Below the pieces are notes generated by a model. It made no database searches and had not been told where the DNA came from. It saw only the letters and a program-made list of their open reading frames with translations. Source: Paragordius varius (taxonomy: Eukaryota; Animalia; Nematomorpha). Taken from it: DNA of 64,000 nucleotides. Of the stretch, positions 12,905-27,680 are shown in pieces (position 1 is the first letter of the stretch; each line of letters starts with the position of its first letter). Position numbers and translations under genes: made by a program. Location: positions 6,882,001 to 6,946,000 of the forward strand of contig OZ176051.1 in the NCBI GenBank assembly GCA_964247055.1, read 5' to 3'.

Positions 12905-15900
12905 ATGAGTTTCATTATAATAATATATTATGTTTTGTGTTTTCCCGTCATATTTCAATTTATCCAATCATTATCTTTAACCTATTTATGCAATATGACA
13001 AACCCAAAATTCAAAATCAATGATGATATAAATTTGAGGTATATTATGGACCGGTTAAAATTTGAGGAGGAATATCAAAATCAACAGCAATTGATGACCT
13101 GTTCTTTAAAATATTCGAAGATTGTAATTTTTTGGTTTTGATATGACTCTAAAGGTTCTGATTGACAAAATTATCAGCGGTCATTCAAATACGCTATTTT
13201 CAATCTAGATCAGGGGTGTCTAACACAAATGGCTGCTAGAGCATATTTGAATTAGAAGACATAAGTATCAAATTTATATATTATATAATATATAGATTTG
13301 TTAATTTTCATATAAATAACAAAACAACTAATAAAACATTAGAATATTGCTAAATTTGCTGTTAAGTTGTACTAATGGTTAAAAACAAAAAATTTGATGA
13401 ATGCATGGATAAACTTAATTTTTTAATCTGCCATTGATAGCACGTTTTCAGACAACTTTAACTTACCACACTTAAATTCCTGCTGAAGTGTGTTTAGCAT
13501 GCAATTTTCAATATAATAAATAATACATTAGAAATTTATGTATGAACCTCCGAGGAATTTTTTATATTAAAATAAAACTCGGCAATAAATATCAGTATTA
13601 ACACTGAGCTGCTTGTTGCACCTAGATTTTCACATATTCCTTTTACAATGACACTTATGGTTGGAAATGTATTTAATTTTATATAATCATATGCTTTAAA
13701 CAATAAACAATTAAATGATGTATTGAAAAATATTGATATCGAATTGGATATATTATTAATGAAACTGTGGTTTTCAGAAATATGGCTCTTTCACTAAATA
13801 AATAAAAAAATATTTACTTCCAAATATTTTCGAATGCGTAATTTATAACTTCAATAATATAGGTAGCTATATTAAAATTGGGATTTGTGGTTTACAAAAA
13901 TATGGCTTCACTAAATAATTACCAAAATAGTTTACCAGTGGCAAGTATTCTAAAGATTTTCAGATTGGAAAGGAAATGGATTAACTAAATGTGATATAAA
14001 TTAATAAAAAATATTATAAAAAAATTTATGCAAATTAATTTAAAATTTATACTTTTTTTAAAAACCAACCTACCTGGCCACTCAAAATTTTTTAAAGAGC
14101 TACAAATGGCTCCGGAACCACCTGTTAGACAATCCTGAGAGACATTTAATATACTTAAAATAATCTTTTTTTGTAGATGAGTTCTGAATTTGAGTTTTTA
14201 TGTAATTGAAGATATCTACCCTTTTCTAAAACAAATAAAAATATCAATAAAGTATTTATAAATTTTAATATTTCTAATATTGGTATAATACATTAATTGT
14301 ATGTTAGCATGTCGCATATACCACTTGTATGGTCAGAAGGAAATGTAGAGGCTAAATTTAATCAAAGACTCGAAATCAATCCATTTGAGACTAATGATTT
14401 TGATTTGATATACACATTTTACCCTGCGGGATATGCTAAATTTAAATGGCTACAAAACTTGTTGAACTCAAATGTAAACTTTTTTCAATTACAACACTTT
14501 AAAAATTTTAAACTAACGCATGCCTTCTTATTATTAATATTTTACATTAGTGCATGTGAAAGCAATTAATTATAATTATTAGATTTTTTTAAAATTGATA
14601 CTCCATTTATTTTAAATTTGTAAGCGCAACATTTTGGGGTAGTTAACTACTAGAGCTTAAGGTAGTAAACAAACTATTGTTTTGAGAGTTGTTTTGGTTG
14701 AAATTTAATTATGAAATTCTCTTCTTCTGTATTACATAAAAAGACTTATAATTTTTACCTTTTTTTTCTTGAATATCGAATTCAGATAGCTCAAAACCGA
14801 TTAAATTGAACAACTGATTTTAAAAAATAAATATAAATAATTTGCTGGTTTTCGTTCCAAAATTTATTTATAGTTTCTAACCATAATACATAGTTATGTT
14901 CGCTCATACAATATAAAAAATTAAATAAAAAAATGGTGGCGAAAGGTTTAGAGGATTTAATTATTTTTTCAAAAAATCGTGCGCCTTAAAATCTAAAGAA
15001 GGCATGTTTTTCAATTTGACTCAATGCTAAAAAATTTTTTTAAAATATTTTAATTTAAAATGGCTCTGGAGTATAATACTACTTCCAAAAGGCCAAATCG
15101 GGAGATAAATATTCTGAGGTATACATATTTAGATAGATAAATGTATGGATTCTCGTGGTGCTTCCACTATCGACCGTACGAGTGATTTAAGGAAATTATT
15201 ACCATTTTTATGCTAATAGCTTGATATCGAAAAATTATATGCGTACATTTTTGCTAAATATAAAATATTGGTGAAAGCTAAATGCTTGACTCCAAATCAT
15301 TAAACTATATCATATACTATATAAACCAAGACAATATTATGATAAAAACATAAAGAGTATGGGCTCCAAAAAACTTTAATTTTGACCCAATCTATAATGG
15401 GCTAGTTTTGTATAAACGCACTACCTTACGATATGGATTTAGATATATATATATATATATATGGAGGTTATGTAAAAAATATAAATGCATACTTTGCCTA
15501 ATATTTTTAGCGAAATTATGAAAAACATATTTTATGGTATTTTTGAGTATGATAAAAACGGTAAAAAAGACTTTAACAACTTTTTTATTTTAAAGGTGCT
15601 AATCACTAAAACCATCTCAGATTTTGATTAAAATATTGTCTTCAATTTTAAAAAGTTTTTTATTGGACGCATTTTTAGTTTAGTCAAATTTGAAGATCAA
15701 AAACTAATTCAAGTAAATTAAATTTGCAAGTTTTTTAATATGGTAAATAAAAATTTTGCCAAAAACTAATTAACGTGTGCTTTAAAAATCATCTTTTGAT
15801 TTCATAGTCAAGCAGATTGTTTTATATATTTCGCGAAATCTCGCATTTTTGCGATTATTATAAAAATTAGCCCATAGATGGATCCGATAATTTGGGACTT

Positions 15901-17106
15901 TCGGAGGCTACATCTAAAAATAAAATTTTATAATAATATTGTTTTGCCTTTTAAATATACCTTATTATAATAATAATTTTTTGCAAGAAGCATTAGCTTT
16001 CACCCAAAAAATCCTATTTATATAATATTAGCCAATTATGCGATTTTTCGATATGGACCAAGTACCACAAAGTACTAACATGTTTTAAATAACTCGTAAG
16101 GCTCAAAATTAAAAACCATGGATAATCTGATATCATAAATATATCAAGATATTTTTTGTGGACTTAAACAATTTCCGTAAGTGTCGCTTAGTATATAGAA
16201 CGAATACATTTCTTAGTTTTATATTGACGTCCATCCAAATACCACCCATTATGGTTTTCGAATTGTATCAACTTACAGTTATGGATTCATTGGACCTTTA
16301 GAGCGACCTTAGCTCCACCACGCTCTTTACCCCAGCCAATTGTGCAGGTAAACATACCCTTTTTGTAAATAATATAAGCTCGAGTAATACAGTAAAAATG
16401 AAATTATACCGACAAAAATAGGGATATAAATATGTTTTCATAAGAGTACTTTTTTAATCTTAATATTTTTAATATAATTAACGTGATAAGCAAAGTACGA
16501 AGATATTTATATTGGTAACACAATTAATTGAATATTTTACATTGTAAATAGATAAAATTAAGGTTTAAAAAAGTATATTTGTATGTTGAAATAATTATTT
16601 GACATTATTTTACGTTTTTTATAATTCAAATTTTACTCTATTGATGATATTTAGTTAACTAAAAGTTTATGTGTATATTGGATTTATTATATGTATATAT
16701 TTGTTTGAAACAGTGTTTAAAATATTTAAAACTGTCTCAGAATACTATGATTATAAATAATAAATAATTAACAAAAAAACATACAATTGATATATCTTAA
16801 TTTTAGTGAAATGATTAAGTTAATAAGCAGTACATTTACATTCAGAATTATCAATGGCTCCTTATAATTAACATGATACCCTCTACAATGTTGATTACAG
16901 ATATATCTTGCAATTTATTTAGACACGTTTTTATCAACATGTTAATGGTATTACGGTTTATGATATCTACCAGGATTTTGTCACGATTCGTACCCAAATA
17001 TTATATAATAACCCTATATTAGCCTTTATTGGATTGAAAAACGATATGTATTGGACGACTCAATCTAGAATCCCCAAAGTGAACGTTGTGGTACAACAAT
17101 GTTTAA
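12905..17106 (+). pseudogene. Unidentified secreted-protein family copy B, frameshifted in exon 3
   Basis: Exons 12905-13038 (signal peptide + YLCNMTNPKF), 14308-14473 (IPLVWSEGNVEAKFNQR), 16217-16347 (FYIDVHPNTT...; 131 nt, in-frame TAG, homology resumes in another frame TLAPPRSLPQPIVQ) and probably 16923-~17106 (TRFYQHVNG...). Confidence 0.55.
15330..16165. mobile_element. Reverse-oriented copy of the old long-TIR family inside an intron of copy B (left boundary approximate)
   Basis: TTTTTTGTGGAC at 16152-16163 is the reverse complement of the family start. 15890-16150 resembles the reverse complement of 31700-32040. Confidence 0.4.
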
Positions 17107-19439
17107 GTAAATATTTTTTCACTTCATAATATACCTTATGATTGTGTTTATTAACCTATTTAACTGATTTTAAATGAAAATCCTAATCTATAAGGCTAAA
17201 AAATCATATATTCGTTCAAGACTGATAGGTTTTTCAAACTGCAATATATTATAAGGATTGAATATGCTAAATTCAAGCTTCAATCAATAACTACGGTTAA
17301 GCCAAAAAAGTTTTGGATTATGGTGGCATATAATCTTATATAACTGTTAACTGCAGTCTAAATTAGGATTTTAATTAATTTGTTTTTGAATTTATAAATA
17401 CATTTAAGTACCCTTCTCCCCGCTTTGTTTCATATATTTTATCGGTCAATTTAGTTTTTTGTACTAAACATATATTTACGATTTTATAACTGACTGCTTA
17501 TGACTTTTAGCCATTATTTAAGTAATAGCCTGAAGCGTCATCTAGGATTTGTTCACTAGGTGCCCCAAAGCTCGTGCTTTCGGTAATTTTTAAAATACAA
17601 GATTTACCATTTTTAGAACATTTTGTTTTAACATGAAAATAATGCATAATATCATTTGATTTTTTATCCGTAGAGTTGTAGACTCTGGCTCTCTTTATAT
17701 TCTTAGCATGTATGGGCAAAAGTACAATGAACGCCCACTGTGCTGTTTTATATCGAAATATTTTTTGTTACCTAAATAATATCTGGTTCATTCATTTATA
17801 ACTACATGATGTGCAAATTTTTGAAGCCGTTTACGTTTCGGTTTATATTTGGATAAAGTAGATCAGGGACTTTTAAAATCCGGAAAATTGGGTGTTAAAT
17901 GCCAAATAAGAGAAATTAACACCAAAACCAAAGTGGGTCACAAAGCTGATCATCACGATTTCGGCTATATTACGCTTACTTTATCATATGTTTGTGTAAA
18001 ATAGTTTGGTAATTCAAACGCGTGAAATTTTAATTTAATTTTCGACAATTTCTGTATTGATATTATTAATTTTAACAAAATCGCATTGTCGAAATTTTCC
18101 AATAATGTGATTTTAATGAGTTTAGTCTAAAATCTTGTTTAAAGGATATGGAGGTGCTCCCGTAGTTTAATAGAACATGGCTTAATTTAATGAAGATTAG
18201 TCAATATAAGTCTAATTGAGAATAATATTATACTATAATTTTTATATTTTTGCTGTAAATTTTAGACTCTTAACTATCGAGGCAAGAATATTTAGCAAAT
18301 ATAAATTATTAAGTTTACTAATGCTATTGCTTTAACACTCCATTGCCTTTTGGCGTGGTTGTATATCTCAGAGTTATTTGAAATTTTATTATCTTTAAAA
18401 TATTAAAAACATTAAGCCGAATTTAAAAATATGCTTAATTTAGCCTTTTAGGTACATTATAAAATTTATTTTAAAAAAATGTTAAATTGTAAAAATCCTC
18501 ATCTCACACTTTTTTGCAGCCATTATTTCTATATTTTTTTAAGCGCTAATAGAAGGCAAATAAATGTATATTATGGTTAAAAAATGCAAATGGTTAAATT
18601 CAATAAGTTTTGTGGATACATTTCACCAGCAGAAACTTAATATATTTTGATTTTAATATCAGCTGTTGTTTCAATCGTGTTTTGGAGTCCCAATTTTATA
18701 CGCTAGAAGTCACAATACTGTAAAAAAATTTATCTTATGCATGAGAACAATGTTTGATAATTTAATTTAAAGTAAAATAACTTTCGAAACTGTAATTTAA
18801 CTACAAAATTAAGCTCTGAAATATAACCACCCCAAAAGTTAAACTGGACAAAAAAGTGATAAGGAAATGAATTAATTATTATAATAAGTCATCAGTATAT
18901 AAATCTTAGGGAATTTTTTAGGCTAATGCGCACAATCAATTGATATTTTCGTATACAGCGTTTAAATTCAATTTTTAATCCGAAAATCCTTGTCTCAATG
19001 ATTAAAGCCTATCAAAATGTATCATACACATATTTGACACACTCTTTTATAATTTAGAGCTATAAATTATATTATATTAGACATTCAACAACCTAGCACC
19101 CAAATATTCACAAAAGGTATAATAGAATCAATTCAAGTTTAGATTTTTTCATACATATTGACGATATATGTGATCAGTTTAGTGATCCTGGAATATACAA
19201 TTTAATTACCTCAGATCCAATTAATCCCGTACTTTTGAAGTATTACAAAACATTATTAATTAAATTTTATGCGTCTTATCGAATGTTTAGACCTTTTAAT
19301 ATTAATTCTAAAAATATGAATTTTTTCCCATTTTTAAGATACCTTTTAAATAGCATTAATTACTCATAAACCTTTTTACAGTCCCCGGGACTTGTGGTTA
19401 AGTATTTAAATTCGACTTATTTATACATATAATGAACAA

Positions 19440-21700
19440 GCTTGACGACTCAACCACTCTATTACGACGCTTTAAAAAAGAGATTTTCCTAATTTTAAAT
19501 TCACTTCTTTACGTTAAAGTGAAACATATTTAAATTTAATAAACATATAATAACAATAATTATATAATATCAGTCTTTTGGACGATATTCTTAAACTATT
19601 TGGCCAAAAAACCCTGTCCATGGCGTTTTTGCGTTTTAAGTTCAGTTTTGCCTTATCTCTCTTAACCGTATCTATCCATCGCGTTTTAGGGCGCCCTATT
19701 CCTTTCCTACTTTTCAAAATATAATTATCAATCTTTTTGTCAATATAGTTATCATTTTTTCTATCTACGTGTCCAAACTATTAAGATGATTTAACATAAT
19801 CCTTTATGGGCTTGAGATCCGTTTTAAATATATGAATTCCTCTTGTCTTTCCTCGTTTTACCGCACATAAATCTAAACATTTTCCTATCAATAACTTTAC
19901 AGTGCCTCTCTGATTTCTCTTTTATACCCTTTTTAATATCCACCTACTTCTAATTCTATTTTACGTTTTTTCCCACCAAAATTTTAAAGTTCCATTTTTT
20001 ATTAACATTTAAACAGCACCGTCGTAACGCATCAATCCATTGCTCACTAATTCTTTGTATTCATGTAACTCGTCTGACAGCACTATTAGGTAATTGCATA
20101 AAGTAAATACCAGCCAATACATTGTCCCACTTTTGAAATTTTGTCCATGCATATTATAGGTAGCAACGGAGCTAATGCTGACCATAGATGCCCTGGTTTA
20201 TTTTAATAGGATCTGACACTCTCTGGTGTGTTTTAAGTTTAATATGGTAAAAGCCGTACATGCTTTTTAGAATTTTTATGTAACTTTCAGGAGCGTTTTT
20301 CCGTCTTAAAGTCCACCATATTGTATTCCGTTGCCAAACACCTCTTCGATATCGATTCCATGCAACTCCCTTTTCCTTTCATTGGACTTGTTTATTAACC
20401 TTCTTACTGCGTGAATCGGATCGATGGCATACTTTCCCGGAATAAAATCGAATTGGTTCCCCAACAAACTTTTTAATCGTTTTTTAGTATTTCTCAAATA
20501 ACTTCAATGAATGAGGTATCAATATCTCTCTGTAATTGTTACAATCCTTTATATCTCTTTTACCCTTAAAAATGGGAACAGTGAAACTCTCCTTCCATTG
20601 ATGGTATAATACCTATAGTAACTAGTTTAGTAAAATATCCGTTAAAAATTTAATACCTCTCTCTGACATTATTTTCCAGCAGTTTATGATAATATCGTCT
20701 GGACCTACATTTATTAAATCTCTTCTAAACCAATCTGGACTTGCTCTTTAGTCATTCTCACAAGCCTTATAAGTTCCTTATTAATCCTTTTTTCCGTGTC
20801 TTCTGCTTGGTGGGTGTATCCCCACATTTTAGTAAGCCATGTGTCTCTAACTAGATTTCCTCTACTTCTCAATCCACACACCTTAACTACCGCCCTAATT
20901 GTTTTAGCCACCTGAGAACAAACTCTTTCTGGATCGTTGTTCCTGTCTAGTATGCCTACCGTTTCAATTAATCTTTCTTTACTGTTTCTTAAGGAATCCC
21001 ATTTAATTACCCTCGGTGCTATAAGCTTACGCTTTTTAACATTTATTGGTATATCTGTTATATATTTACACATAATTAAATTATTTTGTGCACTAATCTG
21101 TTAGGTATTATTTTGCACACAACATTTTTAAAGACTATAGCGGTACAAGGATAAAATTAATTTGTTACTTCTTATTTCTACTTTCGTAGGTAATGGAATG
21201 GCTATCTCTTTTAAAGAAGGTATTTGTTTTAGCTAAGTTATAAGATTGAGTAAATCTTATTAATTCACTTTTTCATTTTAACACCGTAACCTTTTCCCCC
21301 ATGTCAAGGCTTAAAAACCTCTTTTTTGTCCCACCTGCCCATTAAAATCACCACAAAATATGCTTACTCTGTCTTTCAACAAATCATAAAATTTATCTTT
21401 CTCCAGTCTAGTCAACCCTATTTGGGGAGCCTAAACGCTAAATATGGCAAAAACCCTCTTATCTAATAATAAATCAATACTGATAATTTTACTGTCAGCA
21501 GGTCTAACCTCAATAATTTGATTGGTAAATCTTGGACACACTATTATTGCGACTTCACTGTGACAATCCTTAGAAACTGAATAAAACATTTTGTAGTTAC
21601 CTTCTAATGTCTTGGTACCGTTTCCACGGTATCTAGTCTCCTGCATCCACAAGAAATTTAGATTTTTTACCCTCATAGTTTTAAATATCAAAAAAAGATA
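19440..21700 (-). mobile_element. Decayed RTE-clade LINE
   Basis: Fragments of endonuclease (MQETRYRGNG...KMFYS...VAIIV), linker, RT (NQFDFIPGK...IHAVRRL) and C-terminus (GRPKTRWIDTVKRD) in order, with many stops and frameshifts. Confidence 0.8.
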
Positions 21701-21737
21701 ATAGATAAAAAATAAACAAATAAAATATATAGCTTAA

Positions 21738-22295
21738 CACTTGGATTCAACACATTTATTTTAGTCCCTCAATTCAAATTGGGGTACTTAAATACCCCAG
21801 GTCTGTTTAAAATTAAATTCTTTGAAAATTATGGAAGGAATCGAAACCGTGGCAAAATCTTGGAGATATATAACATTAATAAACCGTATTATATAAAAAT
21901 CTTTATTTAAAAATACTTGATATTACTTATTTTAAGCTACAACCGAAGGGTAAAAATTTAGTCAACGTGACAAGTGTGCAATGGTAAAATTGAAAAATAA
22001 TACAAAATAAATTGCTTTTTCTATTTCTATCAATGTTAGATGTAATTTTAAAAAATTAGCTTTAATTTTACCTTAAAATTTAATGAAGACGATAGTAAAA
22101 ATTTTGTAAAATAAAAATGGCGTCGAAGTAGTTTGACATGGAACTTTTTTTTCAAAACAAAATTTTATTTAGATATTTTGGCATATTTATATAATTTTTA
22201 TTAGGATAGAAGCATAAATTTAAATTGGGACCGTTTGAAAATCCTGATTGAAATTTAGTCTGGCGTATTTAGATACCCCAATTTGAAACGAAGTG
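21738..22295 (-). mobile_element. TTAA-flanked piggyBac-like MITE (family PB)
   Basis: TTAA at 21734-21737 and 22296-22299. Reverse complement of the 1642/59461 copies. Confidence 0.85.
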
Positions 22296-22479
22296 TTAAA
22301 TTAAATTAAAAGAACAAACCAAAAATTAATAAAAAATTAAAAAATAAAATGTAAAAATAAAATACGTATCTTTACCAATGAATGAGGGGTAAGAATTTTG
22401 ATTTGGAATGTGTAGTATACTCTAAATAAAACAAAAAAAATATAATAAAAATTTTTGTAAAGTTAATTGCGCATTTAAG

Positions 22480-23400
22480 CAAATATGTCAGCGAAAAGTA
22501 CGATTAATTCGATACATACCCCATTTTGTTTATCTGATAAGACATATATAAGACAGACTAAAAAAACTAGCGACTTACTATCAGCATTCAGAAATCATGT
22601 CGAATTTTACACCGAAAAAAGATTTGCAGCACGCATCGCTTTTCATCAAGAGGACGAGGTCAACTTAAACTCATAGGAAATTAGCAGATGCATTACATTT
22701 ATCACAAAAACAAACAGTTAGAGTTACGAGCAATGGGAAAGACTTTTGATGGTAAATGGGTTACACACATACAAATCGAAAATTGCAAATTATTTGCGAA
22801 ATCCTGCTGGAATGTTACGGTTTTTGCATCAAATTGTGACGGTGAGGAATGACCTTTATCAATCTATAACGAAATTGTTTACCATGCCAGCCGCTTCATT
22901 AACACCATGGCAAAACCGGTTCGCAATAAGACCATGCCATAGGTCTGTTGGGACCAGAGCGGTATTGTGCATTATGAACTTTTGAAACCCTGTAAATACA
23001 CAACGCCAATGCCAACAAATGTTTTATATGCAGTAATCGAAAAACAATCGGAACAGAAGACATGTTAAAGTGATTTTGATGCATCACAATGCTCTGTCTG
23101 ACATGGTAAAATTAGTGGGATTTTTTTAAACATCCTCTCAACTTTTATACTCTGGTGCCATCTGATATATTTCCATCAATGGGGCTTTTACAAGCAATCC
23201 TTCTATAATTGCGAACACTTTGGAAAATGCGTTAACGAATGGTTGACCGCAAATGACAATCAGTTTTTATGGCATGAACATATACTAGCAAAGATGGATG
23301 AAATGTGTGAAAGCCGATGTACAATTTTTAAAATACATAAAATAATTGGCATGCAAAATTACACGTGTTTTTATCTAAAAACTGGTATAACCTATGATTC
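22480..23400 (+). mobile_element. Decayed mariner-like transposon (boundaries approximate)
   Basis: Remnants GKWVTH, FLHQIVT and WDQSGIVHYELLKP correspond to mariner GKWVPH, FLHRIVTGDEKW and WWDQ.GVIYYELLKP motifs. Confidence 0.7.
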
Positions 23401-24389
23401 TACTAGTATATCATGATAAATTATTCCAAAAGCTCTATTTATTAATATTGCATATTAATAAATCATTTTCCAAAATGGTTTGCCTCAAGCTTAGTACCGT
23501 CAATTATATTTTCAACACATCGGATTCATACATCATATTTAAAAATAAAATAGCTGTTTGTTTCCTATAATTCGGAAAATATTAATTAAATATGATTAAT
23601 GTGGGCTTTTAATTTTTAATCCATTTTTTTAAATTAATGATGACCTAAAATTTAATTTCAAATATTCCAGTTGATATTTTAACATGTTAAATATATTAAA
23701 ATATTTTTAGAAATGTTCCTTTGGGTCTAGAACTATTATTCGGGAAAAACCTCAAAATTATTTATGAATCTATCAATCAAATACTTGAAAGTCAAAACAC
23801 TCTTAGCATCAATATATTTGATATGAATTCATTTTTACCCGTTTACAATATTTATAATGATTTGTCAATTAACACTCTTTTTGGACGAGTAATATTCCAT
23901 TTATAACTTTTAATTTAATTGGGTTAATTTTAGCCGTAAATAAACAATAATTAACAATACTTTGCCAATATTTGGCCAAGATTTAAATTTTTAAAAGATA
24001 GTAATATTTTTTTACTATAAAATTTGGGTTTTATACAACGTTGAAATGTTTTCAATAACAAATATCTATAATATATGCAGGTATCTTACATGATTAACCA
24101 GAATAATTCAAGGTGCATTTACAAAACATACAATTTATTGTATAAAAACATGGTCAATTTTACCTTTAACGCATCAAAGGTAAATTTTTCGTTTGAAATA
24201 TACATTTTGTGGCATTATATTGTATAATTTACTTTAAAAAATACATTTAATAATATTACAAATTTAATCAACAGATTTGATTGAACAATTGACCTTTAAA
24301 TAAAGACAAAAATATAAATTAAAAACAGATATTTATATGTTTTGCTGTTGCTAAGGTTGATTTCGACTAACTGCAACATTGATATATCT

Positions 24390-25900
24390 TTTCTACTCAT
24401 TGGTTATACCAATCTGGCTTTTAGTTCGGCTAATGTTTAGTTTGTTTCTTTGAGGATGTTATCAATCCAACGCGTTCTTCTTTGAGTTGCTCATAATGTG
24501 GAGGAAGTAAGAGAGTTTTGGGCGTATTAGACTGCCAAGTAGGGACATTCGAGATTAGCAAGTTTAAAGAAGTTTCTCCTCCATACCCATAGTTCAAAGG
24601 AATAATTGTTTGTCATATTTTTTCAATGCCAACTTTCACAACCATATAGCAAAGTTGTGAATACTGTTGATTCGTCTGATTTTAATTTTTATTTGATATC
24701 ATGCGACGACCAGATCTTATTGTATTTAAAATAACTGATTTTGCAATGTCGATTTTTCTTTTATTTTCAAGGTAAAATTTTGTCAGTATTTATTATACTG
24801 TCAAATACGTGTAGATGCTAACGGTTAAAATCAGAATTCCGTTGAGGATTATTGAGTTGATTGTTATATTCAGGTTGATTTGTATTACTTTTGTTTGATA
24901 AGGTGTTGATACTGTCCGCAAATACAGTTTCTGACAGATTTTTTCGCATGCATTCGGGCGTTAAACAGAATTAGGGATAAAACGCAGTTTGTAAGTCGAC
25001 TTTCATTGTACATGAATCAGTTATGCCGTGAGGCGTAGATACTACCGTGGAATTTAAGTATTATGTGAAGATGACATTGCTTAGATGGGCTATGAGTTGT
25101 TCATGGGATGTTTGTAGTTTATGATGATTGGAATCAAATGCTTTGGGAAAGTCGAAAAATCACATGTTTGGTTCTTTATTGAATTCTACATGTTTCTCTA
25201 ATATTTACTTCATATTGCATATAATATCTCGGTATCCTCATCCATTTCGAAAACCAGACTAATCGAATTTAGTCGAACTGTATTATTTTTAGGAATTTAG
25301 ACTGATCAATGCGCTATGGTTAGTTGTCGCACTACAATATCAAATATATATTGGAATAATTTAGTAAGTATATTGATCGGAAATATGATTATTTCAGAAT
25401 GTCTTTGTGTCCTTTCGAATTACCTATACCGACTGTTTAATTGCATACTCAACTTCTTTGAGTGTTGGTTCGTTGATAGTCGTAATTATTTTTGTCTCTT
25501 GTAGTCTTTTGGAATTTAGTAAGTTAGTCATTCCAATTGCATTTAATTTTGTTTCTCTACATTTTTCTGAGTTTAAAAGAATTTTCCGTATTTCATATTT
25601 TGTTTAAACGATTTGTAAGGCTGTATAGATTCATCGGCTGTATCTCTGCAAATAGTGTGGATTGAGTTCCAAAAGAAATTAATGTTTTGGCATTTTTCGG
25701 AATTGAGAATGAAACATTCGAAACGATTTCGTAAAGCGATGCTGAAGTTGTCGTCGATTGTTTTATCTAATTTTATTCTAGTAAGTTTGGGTATTTTGGG
25801 AAGCTGTAATTTAATACCGAGTTTGGCCATAACAGGTTGTGGTCGCTGTAGCAATCGGATCCTGGCAAACATTTAACATTATCTAATTGAACTTCTATAT
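24390..25900 (-). mobile_element. Decayed, internally deleted RTE-clade LINE
   Basis: PVMAKLGIKL...FSIALRNRFE...W (post-endonuclease linker) and a C-terminal remnant (LSYFLHIM...TRWIDNI). Confidence 0.6.
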
Positions 25901-26619
25901 TTGTCATACCCAATATGAAGTCAATTTAATTTCGATATCTTTGACCTGGATAGCGCTAGGGTATAAACGACGTAGGTTGTTTATTAAAGGTGTTTGAAAC
26001 GAAAAAACTATGAATTGCACAAAAGTTCGATCTATCTCATCTGTAGTTTTTTATGATTAGGCCCTTACCACCGTCAGGAAAGCCTATGGTACTAACAAAA
26101 TCGCCTGAAAAAGTGCTATCCTTTTTGGATACTTGGAAAATCGCTGAATCGAGATCATTCTAAAATTTTTTACAACGTCATCGCTGTATGAAGAGGTTGA
26201 GGGGTAAATTTGAATGATAAAAATGGGTTCAGGGGATGTTATATGCGGATTGCGATTTTATTAATTGAAAGATTCAGAAATTCCAACTGTTTGATCCCTT
26301 CGTTTTCTACTAAATCGAATTTGTTATTCGTATGATTCCGTAAATTCCACGTACCTATGTGGAGTCGGAGATTTCGATTTTAACATTTCGAACGTAAGAG
26401 AGATGTAAATCAAAATATATTAATTATATGTAAAGAATAATGCATGATATGGATGAAAGTTATATGATGTAGATTAATAGAAAGTCTAGAATGTTGGGAG
26501 TGGGAGAAGGTATGAAATCAATATTGGTAAAATAGTAGATGAGAAAAGGGTAAGTATACCTTCCATTTCTATGTCGATTAAATAACATGTGAAAATATTG
26601 ATGTAATCTTTACCGGTTT

Positions 26620-27680
26620 TTAGTAATATATATGATATGATAGGGAACTAATTATTATGTGTTTTATTCAAATTTCCCATCGTCTGCTAGACATTTTGCC
26701 AATCTCTAAGGTTATTGAATCCCATGCCATAAAAACTGATATATTTTGTGGCAAACCATTTATAATCCATTTACCAAAGTCTTCGAAATTATTGAAATGC
26801 TACTTTGCGAGCCTCATTATTGGTGCAGATAATAGTCAGATGGCGCAGATCAAGAGAGTACAGCGGAGAAAGAAGTTCTCATAGAAGCTATATTAACGCG
26901 TCTTTTACTATTTTAGTTTAGAGTGAGCATTGTCAAGCAGAAAAATCACTCCATGTTTTCTGGCCCATCCCGCTTTTTTCGCGATTAATGCATAGATAAA
27001 TTTATATTTATTAATGATAGCTGTTTAGCAGTTTCATTATGACTAAAAAGTTTGTAATAAACAATACCACTCTAGTGCCACCAGACCTAAAGCATGGTTT
27101 TCTTGCAGAAGCGATAAAAGCCACAATTTTTCCCTGTTGGATTTGCATAAGGCTACTAATCATCACTCACACAATCCGACACATATATGATTTCTTTTCG
27201 TGGATATGAAGCAGGATTACACAAGTCACTTTGCGATTTTCGATATGTTCATTCAAATTTTGTGGAACCCATTTACCATGTTTAATGGTCTTTTATTATT
27301 CGTATATGTGTGTTATTTTTATGATATAGATAATGCCTTTATTGGTGTTGGTTTCGTGCTAAATCCAATAACTCTTGCAATGATATTTCGCAGTTATGTG
27401 GTTTACAAGAGCGACCATTGTCTTTTACAGTTTCAATACAAAATTTTAAAACCATGTTTCATATGTGTTGATCGATTCATATTCAACATATGGTTTTTGC
27501 CAAAAAACGATAACTTTTAACAGCATTTTTTGCCCATACTTTTTTAGGCAATACGATATAATTATTAAATGAAAATAAGACGCTAGTTTTTGGTAGACTC
27601 AACTTGTATGCATGTCGTTTAATTTCAAAAAAACAAAATGCCGGTTACTCCTTTGAGTACTTTTCCATCACGCTTATAAC
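26620..27680 (-). mobile_element. Decayed mariner-like transposon (boundaries approximate)
   Basis: Minus-strand remnant GKWVPQNLNEHIENRKVTCVILL...RIV. The terminal ACCGGTTTTTAG resembles the end of the 22480 copy. Confidence 0.6.

Noticed and set aside
22480-27680. Composite transposon formed by two inverted mariner copies around an RTE
   Set aside because: The two copies are highly decayed and dissimilar and no shared TSD is visible; independent insertions are simpler.
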